Counted from the stretch's first letter, positions 50,127 through 60,787 are shown. The stretch: DNA of 64,000 nucleotides from an uncultured Nitrospiraceae bacterium (GCA_963706325.1 CAVPLT010000001.1:192001-256000); one strand, 5' to 3'. Notes: a model not told the origin generated them from the sequence alone. Program-made: numbers and translations.

Positions 50127-51935
50127 CTACTTGACTGCCACAGCCCGCACTTGCTGATAGGTGGTGAGGCCTAGGATGACTTTCTCAATACCATCTTGCA
50201 GCAACGTCCTCATGCCTTCTTCCTTTGCGAGCGCCAATAGCTCAGCGGTCCGAGTCCTCGCTTGAATAAGTCCCCTCATGCGGTCCGAAACCACCATGAG
50301 TTCATGGATGGGTACTCGACCGCGGTAACCGGTCTGATTGCAGACTTCGCACCCTCGTCCGCGAAAGAGCGTGAAGGCGGCATGATAATCGAGCCCCAGA
50401 CGCGCCCAATCCGACACCCCATAGGCCTGAACCAGTTCGTCGAACTCCTCCTGAGTGGGATGGTATGGCTCTCGGCAGTTCTGGCAGATACGCTTGCATA
50501 GGCGCATCGCCAGCACTCCCAACATGGCATCCGAAAAGTTGAACGGGTCACAGCCTAAATCAATCAGCCTGACGACCGTCTCCACAGCGCTATTGGTATG
50601 GATCGTACTGAACACCAAATGTCCTGTGAGAGAGGCTTCAATGGCGATATCCGCCGTTTCTTTGTCACGCATTTCACCGATCATGATCACATCTGGATCC
50701 GCTCTCAGGAACGCTCGCATAGTTGTGGCGAAGGTAAGCCCAATCTTGGTATGGACCTGGACCTGTCGTAACCCGTCCTGTGTGATCTCGATGGGATCTT
50801 CCGCCGTCCAAATTTTTCGTTCATCGGTGTTGATAGATGCCAAAATGGCATGCAGCGTCGTGGTCTTACCGGATCCTGTCGGACCCGCACACAGAACAAT
50901 ACCGTGCGGTTTCTTCGCCAGCTCCCCTACCAGACGGCGAGTCTCCAAACTGAATTCCAATTCGTCCAATCGGCGAGGACCATTCGTGGTTAACAATCGG
51001 ATCACCACGTCTTCATTAAAACCGGCCGTGGGAAGCGTTGCGACTCGCAATTCGACCTCCTGCCCCGTATTGAGCTTGAACCGAATCTTTCCATCCTGCG
51101 GCTTGCGTCGTTCGGCTATATCCAAGCTAGCCATAATCTTCACTCGAGACACAATCGCCCGGCGATAGGCTGCCGGAACTTTCATGTAGGTGAAACAAGT
51201 TCCGTCCACGCGGAAACGGATCGACGTTTCTTTTCGATCGGCGTAGGGCTCGATATGAATATCCGAGGCGCCCTGACGGTAAGCCTCTGCAATGATCTGG
51301 TTAGCAAGGCGGACGATGGCCGAATCGTTTTCCGTGATCGCCGCGATGGTGGCATTTTGCTGTTCTTCCAATTGTGCTTCACTCACCAACTCGCCGAGAA
51401 TATCCGTGATCGCCTCGTCCGACCCTCGATCCAGGACAACACTTACGTACTGTTCGATATCGCGACGAAGCCCAACGCGATATGAAATTACCTGGCCCGG
51501 AAAGGCCCGGCGCACGTCGAGCAGCTTGTCGGGATTGTGAGGGTCATCGATCAGGACTTCAACTTCATTCCCCTGCCGCCTGAGCGGAACCCAATGATTC
51601 ATGCGGAGATAATCCAGGCTCAGATCTTTCAAAAGTTCACGTTCCATGACAGTTCGCTCGTCGTAGGAGAGAAAAGGACAGCGATAGAAGTCTGCCAGGG
51701 CCAGCCCAATAGCCGGCTTGGGAATCCGATATCGATCCATGAGCACGGAAGCGACATCAATCCGCTTTCTCCGAGCCTCTGCCGATGCCAGCGCCAGTTC
51801 TTCCTGCCGAAGGAACGCTTGTTCGACTAGCCGGTGATAGGGGCCGGCTGCGCGCGCCTGCGCGGCTGTTGAGACGCCTGGTACAGATGCTTTGCATGGT
51901 AAGCCTGGGATAGTTGCGGAGATCATAGGGTCCAT
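50127..51935 (-). CDS. PilB/GspE-family secretion ATPase
   Basis: ASDIHIEP, GPTGSGKTTT, AEDPIE, LRADPDVIMIGEMRD, TGHLVFSTIH, two CxxC motifs. Confidence 0.93.
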   Translation of the reverse strand: MDPMISATIPGLPCKASVPGVSTAAQARAAGPYHRLVEQAFLRQEELALASAEARRKRIDVASVLMDRYRIPKPAIGLALADFYRCPFLSYDERTVMERELLKDLSLDYLRMNHWVPLRRQGNEVEVLIDDPHNPDKLLDVRRAFPGQVISYRVGLRRDIEQYVSVVLDRGSDEAITDILGELVSEAQLEEQQNATIAAITENDSAIVRLANQIIAEAYRQGASDIHIEPYADRKETSIRFRVDGTCFTYMKVPAAYRRAIVSRVKIMASLDIAERRKPQDGKIRFKLNTGQEVELRVATLPTAGFNEDVVIRLLTTNGPRRLDELEFSLETRRLVGELAKKPHGIVLCAGPTGSGKTTTLHAILASINTDERKIWTAEDPIEITQDGLRQVQVHTKIGLTFATTMRAFLRADPDVIMIGEMRDKETADIAIEASLTGHLVFSTIHTNSAVETVVRLIDLGCDPFNFSDAMLGVLAMRLCKRICQNCREPYHPTQEEFDELVQAYGVSDWARLGLDYHAAFTLFRGRGCEVCNQTGYRGRVPIHELMVVSDRMRGLIQARTRTAELLALAKEEGMRTLLQDGIEKVILGLTTYQQVRAVAVK

Positions 51936-52028
51936 TCCTTTTTGAGTATCGGAGATACAGTACGCTCTTTGGTTAGATGCGCGCTCAGCATAACTGAAAC
52001 AACCCAGAGGTAGCCGCGACTATCCTCA

Positions 52029-53552
52029 TCATATTTTTGCCTGCAGGCTTCCTGGGGCCACAAACACCAGAGGAAGGCCCTGTATGAATCCTTCACGAAG
52101 GTCATGGTTGTACCAAACCTCCAACACTCCCGCTCCATTCGTCCAGTCAACCATGCTCCCTTGAGCCAGTACACCTCCATAGACTTTGATGTGGCCTGCA
52201 TAGCGCACGTCACCGGCGACATACAGCACCCCCTGCAGATGAATGCCGGAAAGCTGAACGGGAACCCTGCTGCCAAGTGACTGCTGCCCTTCGGGCGGCG
52301 GGCTCAACGCCTGCACTGGCTTCCCAGGCTGCCCGGCCTTCCACAGGACATGCGCGTTCACAATGAAGATGCCCTCGGCATATTCTTGATCAAGGACGAT
52401 CGTGCCTAAATTGTCCAGCCGCGGTGGCATGCCGTCGAGGGTATCGACGAAGACCAACCCGCGATGGTCTCCCAGGCCCGTCGACGCAAACACCTCTGCG
52501 GCCGGTCGCCCCAGGCCTGGTTGAATCAGGCCACCGGGATACAGCAATCCTTCGCGATCCATACCGTAGTATCGCCCAAACTGCTTCGACATCCGCTTGA
52601 GTGCGTCGTAATCCCATAGATCCGACTTGATGCCGGGCACCGGCTCTTGCTGGACATGAACGTTTAGTGGAATTCCCTGCCATGATCCTGCGGGAAGCTG
52701 TGCAAAGAAGGCGTCGCCACCAAGTTGGACATCGAGCCATCGGTCCTCACGGTGCGTCATTTCACCATAGGCCTGCCCCGTCACCGCCGCCAATCCACTC
52801 TTGGTCGGCAGCTCATCCGGCCGTGGGAAATACGCCTGACCTCGCACCATCATGTCGCCCCAATGGACGAGGACCGCGCCGGGGCGGGCTTGAGCAGACT
52901 CGCTTCCGAGTGTGCCGCTCTGAAGCGGCGCATGTAGCGCCGGGATGGCATAGGCTCCGAATTCAACCGACAATGTCTTCGTCACGCGAGCGTCATGACC
53001 CGCTCCCGCCGTCACGTCTACTGTGCATAGTAATCCCGGTCTCGCTGCTCCATACACCCGCAGCTTGAGAATTCTGGCGAGTCCTTTGAGTGACTTAAAC
53101 CAACCCGTTTGCGGATCATTCAGCAGGATATCGTGCTGAGGATTTGTCGCATCAAACACGATATCGGGACGACTCGCAGTTCCCACAAACTGTGACCGTC
53201 CCTGCAGATCGAAATAGGACGGATCACCCTGCGCATTCATGGCCCGTCTTGAGAGCCATGCCGGATCGAGTCCCTGCGGCATATGCGCGGGATCGTGAAA
53301 CCATCCCATCACCACATCCACAGCCGCCTCCGCCGCATGATGGGCAGTTCGCTCCTGTTGTAAAGCACTCGCTCCTATTATCTCCTGCCCTGCCAGCTGC
53401 ATCGAGGTCATACCCAATAGGGAGAGCAAAAATACCACCATCAGCACTGCCAACAACGCCATTCCCCGCTCATCTCGCTGCGCCACCGCGCTTGCAACCA
53501 CAGTGTTCTTGTTCATCACGCCTTTCCTTCTTCGCTTAGGTTCGTATCGCAA
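52029..53552 (-). CDS. Large PilX-like pilin-family protein (second cassette)
   Basis: ERGMALLAVLMVVFLLSLLG class III signal plus a roughly 450-aa beta-rich body. Confidence 0.75.
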   Translation of the reverse strand: MRYEPKRRRKGVMNKNTVVASAVAQRDERGMALLAVLMVVFLLSLLGMTSMQLAGQEIIGASALQQERTAHHAAEAAVDVVMGWFHDPAHMPQGLDPAWLSRRAMNAQGDPSYFDLQGRSQFVGTASRPDIVFDATNPQHDILLNDPQTGWFKSLKGLARILKLRVYGAARPGLLCTVDVTAGAGHDARVTKTLSVEFGAYAIPALHAPLQSGTLGSESAQARPGAVLVHWGDMMVRGQAYFPRPDELPTKSGLAAVTGQAYGEMTHREDRWLDVQLGGDAFFAQLPAGSWQGIPLNVHVQQEPVPGIKSDLWDYDALKRMSKQFGRYYGMDREGLLYPGGLIQPGLGRPAAEVFASTGLGDHRGLVFVDTLDGMPPRLDNLGTIVLDQEYAEGIFIVNAHVLWKAGQPGKPVQALSPPPEGQQSLGSRVPVQLSGIHLQGVLYVAGDVRYAGHIKVYGGVLAQGSMVDWTNGAGVLEVWYNHDLREGFIQGLPLVFVAPGSLQAKI

Positions 53553-54312
53553 TGTCCCTCATGAGTCTGGAACGTTCCTGCCCAACCCCAACCGTCACCC
53601 GAATTCGCGCCACTTCACGCGAGTCAGTTGTGAAGTGACCATCCCGATCCAAATAGCGCAGTTGGAATTCCTCCACGTCTGCCAACAGCGTGCTCGCCCC
53701 GCCGTCCACCTCACGCATCAACCGCCTGGTGCCATCGTCATGCCGCTTCAGGTAATAACGTACTCGATTGAGCAGCATGACCTCAGTACGACTCGGCAAG
53801 ACTTCAGCAGTCGGCGTCGTCAGAGTCAGTGTCTGCTTGCGGCCATCGACGGCGAGACGATTCCAGACACAACGGACAGCCGTGCAGAGCAGTAGTTGCT
53901 TCCCCTTCGGCCATCCGGCGCCTTCCTCCACGGGCAGGTCCTGTCGTCCGATTTCCGCTGTCTGAGTCAACGTCGTTACTGAGCCACTCAGATTGGCAAA
54001 GAACTCGACTTCATCAAGTTCCGCCGTAAGAAATGGCGAATCTCCACCCAATAATCCTGCGCCAACCAAACGTAGTTCGCTGCACAACACATCTAATCCG
54101 AGCCGGAGTTCCTGATTCGACACCATCGCGGAGTGTTGCGAGGTAAGCCGAGATCCATACGCTGAAAACATGTGGATTGCGGCCGAAATGGCCACGCTGC
54201 TGATCGTCAGGGCAATCAGGAGTTCAAGAAGACTGACCCCGGCGCAGCCGATGCGCCACCCCGGCGTTGTTCGCCTCAGCGGACCCTGAATGCCGATCTT
54301 GGCGCGACTCAT
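53536..54312 (-). CDS. PilW-like minor pilin (second cassette)
   Basis: AGVSLLELLIAL, QELRLGLDVLCSELRLVG. Confidence 0.8.
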   Translation of the reverse strand: MSRAKIGIQGPLRRTTPGWRIGCAGVSLLELLIALTISSVAISAAIHMFSAYGSRLTSQHSAMVSNQELRLGLDVLCSELRLVGAGLLGGDSPFLTAELDEVEFFANLSGSVTTLTQTAEIGRQDLPVEEGAGWPKGKQLLLCTAVRCVWNRLAVDGRKQTLTLTTPTAEVLPSRTEVMLLNRVRYYLKRHDDGTRRLMREVDGGASTLLADVEEFQLRYLDRDGHFTTDSREVARIRVTVGVGQERSRLMRDIAIRT

Positions 54313-54836
54313 GACACGGCCGCCGAACCAACATAGTGCGGATTGGCCCGAATCGTGCGCACCAGAATCTGCTTTTCCTGCCCCCCCAAAGTCCGAAATA
54401 TCGCGCGCGCCTCGATCGTCGCCAGGCTCGCCATGGCAGGGTGGACACCCCGATTGAGTTCGACGGTCCAGACAAGTCGAATATTGGACTGCCTTTGACT
54501 GGCGGTGAAAATGCCATCGCTACTCGTCGCATCATCTTCTAGTCCGTCGTCGCGCATCGCCGATTCCAATGTCCCGTTCTGATCCATATCGTCCATCAGC
54601 AACTGCTCCCACGGAAGGCTCCGCTTGGCTTCCACCCGAGATTCAGCCAAAGCCAGCGCAGTGGTCGTCGCTGCGCCGCGTTGAAGCCCATGCTCCGCCC
54701 AGTTGAACATTCCGATGGTTCCGATCACACCGATCGACAAGACCACCAGGGCGACCATACTTTCGACGAGTGTGAATCCCGCTGCGCCGGTCAGACAAGC
54801 GGGTCGTCGCAGGACATCCGCATGATAGTGTGTCAT
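54309..54836 (-). CDS. PilV-like minor pilin (second cassette)
   Basis: AGFTLVESMVALVVLSIG; DxDxNG and DDATSSDGIFTA motifs. Confidence 0.8.
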   Translation of the reverse strand: MTHYHADVLRRPACLTGAAGFTLVESMVALVVLSIGVIGTIGMFNWAEHGLQRGAATTTALALAESRVEAKRSLPWEQLLMDDMDQNGTLESAMRDDGLEDDATSSDGIFTASQRQSNIRLVWTVELNRGVHPAMASLATIEARAIFRTLGGQEKQILVRTIRANPHYVGSAAVS

Positions 54837-55267
54837 GACTGGGCCACCCGTCCGGTTATGCTCACCGTCACATGGTGAATCGCTTTTAGACTGTCCATCA
54901 AAACTATTGTGGTCGCAGTCGCCGAGCGGCCGCTGGGTTGAAACAGGATCTCCGGGTTCGTCGACATCGACTCAATGACCGTGCCTCGATGTGCAAATGC
55001 ATACCGGCGAAGCGAGCCCATACCGCAGTCCACACATTCCGTCCGCAACTCAGACTGCTCAGCATTTACCACCACTCGAATACGTTCGTGCCGAGCCATC
55101 GCCAATTGTCGGGCCATGCGTAGCTCCGACGCGATTTCCATGACGACCGCCCGGTGCTGTTGCTTCGCCACGAGGGACGCCCACCCCGGTAGACTCACCC
55201 CTGCCACAATCGCGATAATGGCAATGACCATGCATAATTCCACGAGACTTACTCCCCGTTCGTTCAT
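54833..55267 (-). CDS. FimT/GspH-like minor pilin (second cassette)
   Basis: ERGVSLVELC, IASELRMARQLA, FQPSG, VSITGRV; AAGGAG RBS. Confidence 0.85.
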   Translation of the reverse strand: MNERGVSLVELCMVIAIIAIVAGVSLPGWASLVAKQQHRAVVMEIASELRMARQLAMARHERIRVVVNAEQSELRTECVDCGMGSLRRYAFAHRGTVIESMSTNPEILFQPSGRSATATTIVLMDSLKAIHHVTVSITGRVAQS

Positions 55268-55563
55268 ACCAACTCCTTTCGTCGAACGCGTAGAGTATCT
55301 CCAAGTTCCATGCCGTCCCGCTCATGGCATTTCTCCACGGTTAGCCCTCGCAGCGGTTTCGCTGGAATTGCAGGCGAATAGTGGGGGAGATGCTGGCTAG
55401 TGACGCAGGGTACCCGGTAGTTTTTCCTCGGCGGACCAGGCCAAATAGGAGGGCGGACGGTCCTGACTGTTCCAGTTCAGATACGGCTCACCCATCCATT
55501 TGGATACACTTCTTAGGAGGCATACAGCCGGAAGGTGGCTCTGGAAGACGATTTGCGGGTACT

Positions 55564-56337
55564 CTAGCGAGGAAGATCGATGAGTGACCAATACCACTCA
55601 AACAGGGACTCGTGGAAGAGCAACGCCAGAAGGGAGCCAATGGCGAGGAATGGACCAAAGGGGATGTACTGTTCTCGCCGCATGAGCCGGGCAATAATAA
55701 GCCCCCCTCCGACCAGCGAGCCCAGTAAGGCTCCGATCATAATAGCCAGCAGCGCGGGCTGCCATCCGATGAACGAGCCGACCATCGCCATGAGCTTGAT
55801 ATCTCCTCCGCCCATGCCCTCTTTACCGAAAACATATGGACTGATCCAGGCTAGGAACCAAAGGATACCCCCGCCTACCAGAACGCCGAGCAGGGAATCC
55901 ACAAGGGTGATCGGGAGAATCACGGCGGCGCAGAGAAGGCCCACAACGATCCCAGGCAAGGTGACCGCATCGGGAATCATGGTGTGCGAGAGATCCGTCC
56001 CCGTCACCACGATTAATGCGGAAACAAGGGAGGCATAGACACAAGCGGTGGCGGTGAAACCGAATACCCAGAACACCCCCAGATACCCTATCGCATTAGC
56101 CGCTTCCACGAACGGATACTGCATGGAAATGGGCGCACGGCAACCTCGACACCGTCCACGCAGCATGAGATAGCTCACGATCGGAATATTGTCATAGGCG
56201 GCGATAGCCTGATGGCAGGAAGGACAGTGAGAGCCTGGCCATGCAACCGATTCTTCTCGTGGTAGTCGATAAATGCAGACATTCAGAAAACTGCCGATCA
56301 CGGCGCCGAATAGGAGAACCATGAGGTAGGGTATCAT
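55564..56337 (-). CDS. pilD: Prepilin peptidase / N-methyltransferase
   Basis: GSFLNVCIYRLP, two CxxC motifs, GMGGGDIKL, IPFGPFL. Confidence 0.95.
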   Translation of the reverse strand: MIPYLMVLLFGAVIGSFLNVCIYRLPREESVAWPGSHCPSCHQAIAAYDNIPIVSYLMLRGRCRGCRAPISMQYPFVEAANAIGYLGVFWVFGFTATACVYASLVSALIVVTGTDLSHTMIPDAVTLPGIVVGLLCAAVILPITLVDSLLGVLVGGGILWFLAWISPYVFGKEGMGGGDIKLMAMVGSFIGWQPALLAIMIGALLGSLVGGGLIIARLMRREQYIPFGPFLAIGSLLALLFHESLFEWYWSLIDLPR

Positions 56338-56558
56338 GCGTGTCCTTATGAGTGAGGCTCACAATGGCTAATAGAGACTTTCCATTAGATACGAAGTATA
56401 GTTAATCCCAAACCAGCCGGCAGCAAACTGTCGCGACCTCACCTTTGTCCATTTACAAATGCTAGGAGAACTGCGTACAATAAAAAATCCGCTTTAGCGC
56501 GGTGGGTGGCAAGCCTCAGTTCGTGAATTGCATTTACCTGACGTGGAGCGATACGCAT

Positions 56559-56843
56559 ATGCCGACAACCGCCAAGACAACCAAAGGTCGAACTAAAGCA
56601 CCGTTACCGGAGCCCGTCCTTCCCCCTCGCAAGCGACGCCCCGAAGCCCTTACGACTCGCGAACAGGAAATCCTTGAGCTGATCTGGACCGGATTCAAAA
56701 ACAAAGAAATCGCCCAGCGGTTAAAAATCAGCGTGAAGACGGTCGAGGCCCATCGGGCCAATATGATGAAAAAAATCCGAGTCTCCAATACGGCTCAACT
56801 CCTCAAGGCCGCCATTCAAGGGAAAATGCTTCGGCTACGGTAA
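56559..56843 (+). CDS. Stand-alone LuxR-type HTH regulator
   Basis: LTTREQEIL, GFKNKEIA, ISVKTVEAHRANMMKK; no receiver domain. Confidence 0.9.
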   Translation: MPTTAKTTKGRTKAPLPEPVLPPRKRRPEALTTREQEILELIWTGFKNKEIAQRLKISVKTVEAHRANMMKKIRVSNTAQLLKAAIQGKMLRLR

Positions 56844-56871
56844 CGTAACCCCCACCTCTGCCCAGACTCAC

Positions 56872-57648
56872 TCACTGAGAACCCGCCCCGCCCGTGCCAC
56901 GCTGGCGTAATGCCTCATAGAGCACGATGGCCGCTGAGGCCGAAACATTCAGCGATCCGACTTTTCCAAGCATAGGGATATGCGACGCATCGTCACAGGC
57001 TTCGCGCACACCGGGGCGAACCCCCTTCCCTTCACCGCCGAATACCAGCGCCACAGGCCCTCGAAAATCCAAGGACGTATAGACCTTGGGAGCTTCGGCA
57101 TCCAACGCATAAACCCAGAGTCCTGCGCCTTGAAGGCGTGCGATCAACCGAGAAAGGTTCGGTACTCGTCCCACGGGCATATGATCGACAGCCCCCGCAG
57201 ACGCCTTGGCAACCACACTCGTCAACCCCACCGCGCGACGCTCGGGAATAAATACACCCTGCACGCCGGACGCCTCGGCTGTCCGAAGAATTGCCCCGAG
57301 GTTATGCGGATCTTCGACACCGTCAAGCAGGACCAACAGGGGAGTCTGCCCGGGCGCCTGCGCCAACGAAAGAATGTCATCCGACTCGACATAGGCCTTG
57401 GCCGCTACCAGTCCGATGACTCCTTGATGACTACCAGCCGGGACAAACCGATCGAAGGCGGCGCGTGGTTCGAGATGCACCGGGACACGCTGGGCTCTTG
57501 CCAGACGCACGATTTCACCAAACTGTCGATCGGTTCCTAAAACGAGAAGACGCTGGAGTGGACGAATGCCGGCGCGGAGCGCCTCGCGTACGGCATGGAG
57601 GCCGTAAATCAACTCCGGAGGGTTATCGTTTCCATCGGCTGGTGCCAT
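56872..57648 (-). CDS. rlmB: 23S rRNA Gm2251 methyltransferase
   Basis: IYGLHAV, HQGV, LDGVEDPHNLGAILRTA, GEGKG, SLNVS. Confidence 0.95.
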   Translation of the reverse strand: MAPADGNDNPPELIYGLHAVREALRAGIRPLQRLLVLGTDRQFGEIVRLARAQRVPVHLEPRAAFDRFVPAGSHQGVIGLVAAKAYVESDDILSLAQAPGQTPLLVLLDGVEDPHNLGAILRTAEASGVQGVFIPERRAVGLTSVVAKASAGAVDHMPVGRVPNLSRLIARLQGAGLWVYALDAEAPKVYTSLDFRGPVALVFGGEGKGVRPGVREACDDASHIPMLGKVGSLNVSASAAIVLYEALRQRGTGGAGSQ

Positions 57649-59083
57649 CTGGACGGTCCTCGATCGTAATGCCGTGAGAAGCCAGTTCAGCTCGGAGCTG
57701 ATCGGCCAATGTATAATTTTTCATCTTTTTTGCCGCGATGCGCGCTACGATCTTCCCGGCAACCTCCTCATCAGACAGGGCCGTCATAGCCTCGCCTTGC
57801 GCGAGTGAGGACTCTCCCTGGACTTGCCGCTTGAACTGCCAACTGTCAGGCTGCAAGAGTCCCAGGACCGCACCGAGTGCGCGAAACTCCTGCCGCACGG
57901 CACGTCGCATTTCGACCGACAGTCCAGTCTCGATGGCTTTGTTAGCCTCGCTGCGCAATTTTTGCAAGACAGCCACAGCGGTGGGGGTATTCAGGTCATC
58001 GTCCATGGCGTCCGTAAATGCCTCTCGCGTCCGTGTCGTCGCCTCTCGCATCTGGTGATCGGCCGCACCGCGATCCGAGGTCGGTTCACTCAGCCTCTCA
58101 AAGAGATCGTAAAACCCGTTCAAGGCGCCCTTCGCGTCCCGTAAACTTTGGTCTGAAAAGTCTAACGGACTTCGGTAGTGGGTCGAGAGCAGAAAATAGC
58201 GCAGTATCTCGCCGGTCACTGCATCTGGCCACTGCGATTCCTTGAAAATATCGCGAATCGTAAAAAAATTCCCCAACGATTTGGACATTTTCTCCTGGTT
58301 GATCTGAACGAATCCGTTGTGAACCCAATACCGCGCGAATTCCTTCCCGGTGGCGCCGCAGGATTGCGCGATTTCATTCTCATGATGCGGAAAAATCAAA
58401 TCCATTCCTCCGCCATGAATGTCGAAGGTTTCCCCAAGATGCCGCATCGCCATGGCCGAACATTCGATATGCCATCCCGGTCGTCCCGGCCCCCACGGAC
58501 TGTCCCAGAACGGCTCACCAGATTTACTGGCCTTCCAGAGGGCGAAGTCCATGGGGTGGCGTTTCCGCTGATCGACATCCACACGCGCGCCCGCCTGCAG
58601 ATCGTCAAGCTTTCGCTTGGAGAGCCTGCCGTACAGCGGATATCGGTCGACCTCAAAATACACATCACCCTCGACACGGTAGGCCATCTCCTTCGCGAGC
58701 AACCTCTCGACAAGCATCACAATATCCGAAATATGCTCTGTCGCCCTAGGCTCAAGAGTGGCACGACGCACCCCGAGCTTTTCCATATCCTCATAGTAGG
58801 CACGGATATACTTACTCGTAATGTGCTCGCAGCTTACTCCTTGCTCATGAGCTCGCTTGATGATTTTATCGTCGACGTCTGTGAAGTTCTTGACAAACTC
58901 GACGATGAATCCGGAGTATTCCAGATAGCGCCGTAACACATCGAAAACTAGCGCACTCCGGGCATGTCCAATGTGGCAATAGTCATAGACCGTCACTCCG
59001 CACACGTACATGCGGGCTATGCCTGGCACTAGCGGCTCAAATCGGTCCTTCCTTCCGGTCAACGTATTGTGCACCCGCAACAT
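57623..59083 (-). CDS. cysS: Cysteine--tRNA ligase
   Basis: MYVCG, HIGH, GRPGWHIECS, KMSKS. Confidence 0.98.
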   Translation of the reverse strand: MLRVHNTLTGRKDRFEPLVPGIARMYVCGVTVYDYCHIGHARSALVFDVLRRYLEYSGFIVEFVKNFTDVDDKIIKRAHEQGVSCEHITSKYIRAYYEDMEKLGVRRATLEPRATEHISDIVMLVERLLAKEMAYRVEGDVYFEVDRYPLYGRLSKRKLDDLQAGARVDVDQRKRHPMDFALWKASKSGEPFWDSPWGPGRPGWHIECSAMAMRHLGETFDIHGGGMDLIFPHHENEIAQSCGATGKEFARYWVHNGFVQINQEKMSKSLGNFFTIRDIFKESQWPDAVTGEILRYFLLSTHYRSPLDFSDQSLRDAKGALNGFYDLFERLSEPTSDRGAADHQMREATTRTREAFTDAMDDDLNTPTAVAVLQKLRSEANKAIETGLSVEMRRAVRQEFRALGAVLGLLQPDSWQFKRQVQGESSLAQGEAMTALSDEEVAGKIVARIAAKKMKNYTLADQLRAELASHGITIEDRPDGTSRWKR

Positions 59084-59091
59084 AATGGCCG

Positions 59092-59727
59092 CTACTCCAC
59101 TGTCGGCCCGCGTTTCGGCCAATGCGACCATAGAAAGTAGCCTAGCCCCAGGGCGAGAAATAACCCGATCACGACATCCGCATGATGAAAGTACTCACGT
59201 AGTTGGTTCCAATGCTCCCCCATCTTGAGCCCGACATAGGCCAGCGCATAACAGAAAGGGACCGCTCCGACAAATGAATAGAGCACGAACTTTTTCACGT
59301 CCATGCGCGCAATTCCCGCCGGGAGAGAAATGAACGTTCGAACCACAGGCAGTAAACGACCGATCAATACCGCCGCCTCTCCATGTTTCGTAAACCACCG
59401 ATCGGCCAGCTCTAAATCATGCTGCGAGACCAGGAAGTACCGGCCGTACCGTTCGGCGAATGGCCTCCCGCCCCACACACCCACGTAGTACGCCACCAAC
59501 GACCCCAGCACATTACCGACCGCTCCGGCAAGCGTCACGCCGAGCATCGAGAATTGCCCCGTCGAGACCAGGTAGCCGGAAAACGGCATGATGATTTCAC
59601 TTGGCAAAGGAATGCAGGCGCTTTCGATCGCCATCGTAATCACGATGCCGGTGTAGCCGAACATCGAAATCGTGGAAATGACGAACCGGCCGAGTTCTTC
59701 GATCAACCATTCGATCAGCCCCGTCAT
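59092..59727 (-). CDS. dedA: DedA-family membrane protein
   Basis: ESACIPLPSE, GRLLPVVRTFISLPAG. Confidence 0.93.
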   Translation of the reverse strand: MTGLIEWLIEELGRFVISTISMFGYTGIVITMAIESACIPLPSEIIMPFSGYLVSTGQFSMLGVTLAGAVGNVLGSLVAYYVGVWGGRPFAERYGRYFLVSQHDLELADRWFTKHGEAAVLIGRLLPVVRTFISLPAGIARMDVKKFVLYSFVGAVPFCYALAYVGLKMGEHWNQLREYFHHADVVIGLFLALGLGYFLWSHWPKRGPTVE

Positions 59728-60539
59728 ACCTCCGTCCTCCCAGGCGGGCCTGGCCTGCTCGGTGTCTTGCGCTTAGAAGGTTTTGAGAGCGGCCGCTCCC
59801 AGGCTTTGAACTGTTCGAGCACATCATGGTGGGTCGTATCGAGATGGATTGGGGTGACAGACACCATATGCTGCTCCAGCGCTTCGTGATCGGCATCCTT
59901 GCGCCGACTCCAGGATTTTCGTGTGCCGGCAATCCAGTAATACTTATGTCCCCTCGGATCAACTTTTTCAACAATAGGGTTCTCGAAGCGACGTCGACTG
60001 AGACAGGTCACCTTGACTCCCTTGATGGATCGAAAGGGTACATTCGGAATATTCACGTTCAAGATGGTTTCGGGCGGCAATCCGTGCGCTAACACCTCGG
60101 CGGCAACCCGAGCCGCGTATCGCGCCCCGACATCGAATCGAAATCTATCGTCGCCCTCTTGAGATACCGCCATCGAGGGAATGCCTAAAATCGTACCCTC
60201 CAGGGCGGCCGAGACCGTGCCGGAATACATCACGTCATCTCCAAGATTGACCCCCCTATTGATACCCGACACGATCAATGCCGGCTGCGCAGGCAAAACT
60301 TTCGCCAGAGCCAGATTGACACAATCAACGGGAGTTCCATTCACCATGAACACACGAAGCCCCATTTTGGTAATGCGCAGCGGCTTATGCAACGTGACCG
60401 CATGCCCCACTGCCGTCCGCTCTCGATCGGGCGCTACTATCCACACCTCTCCTAGAGTGCGCAACGCGTCGGCGACCGCATGAACCCCCGGGGATGCAAT
60501 CCCGTCGTCATTGGTCACAAGGATTCGCACACGTGACAC
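59724..60539 (-). CDS. surE: 5'/3'-nucleotidase SurE
   Basis: ILVTNDDG, GTPVDCV, SGINRGVNLG, YSGTV; start at GTG 60539. Confidence 0.96.
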   Translation of the reverse strand: MSRVRILVTNDDGIASPGVHAVADALRTLGEVWIVAPDRERTAVGHAVTLHKPLRITKMGLRVFMVNGTPVDCVNLALAKVLPAQPALIVSGINRGVNLGDDVMYSGTVSAALEGTILGIPSMAVSQEGDDRFRFDVGARYAARVAAEVLAHGLPPETILNVNIPNVPFRSIKGVKVTCLSRRRFENPIVEKVDPRGHKYYWIAGTRKSWSRRKDADHEALEQHMVSVTPIHLDTTHHDVLEQFKAWERPLSKPSKRKTPSRPGPPGRTEV

Positions 60540-60649
60540 AGCTTCTCCCCATCTTTGCGAATATGATGGAAGGGTACGAGTACAACCAGTGGGGGAGGAC
60601 GGCTGGGTTGTCCGGCAGAAAAATCCCGATTCTGAAAACATCGTGCCGA

Positions 60650-60726
60650 TGGTCGGGGCGGCGGGATTTGAACCCACGACCCCTCGCACCCCAAGCGAGT
60701 GCGCTACCGGGCTGCGCTACGCCCCG
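60650..60726 (-). tRNA. tRNA-Pro (GGG)
   Basis: Minus strand CGGGGCG...CGCCCCGACCA; anticodon arm CTCGC-TTGGGGT-GCGAG. Confidence 0.96.
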
Positions 60727-60787
60727 ACTTACTCGGCATCGATATACTTCCGTAGTGTGGTCAGGGTCCACCGAGTCACGGAACAGT

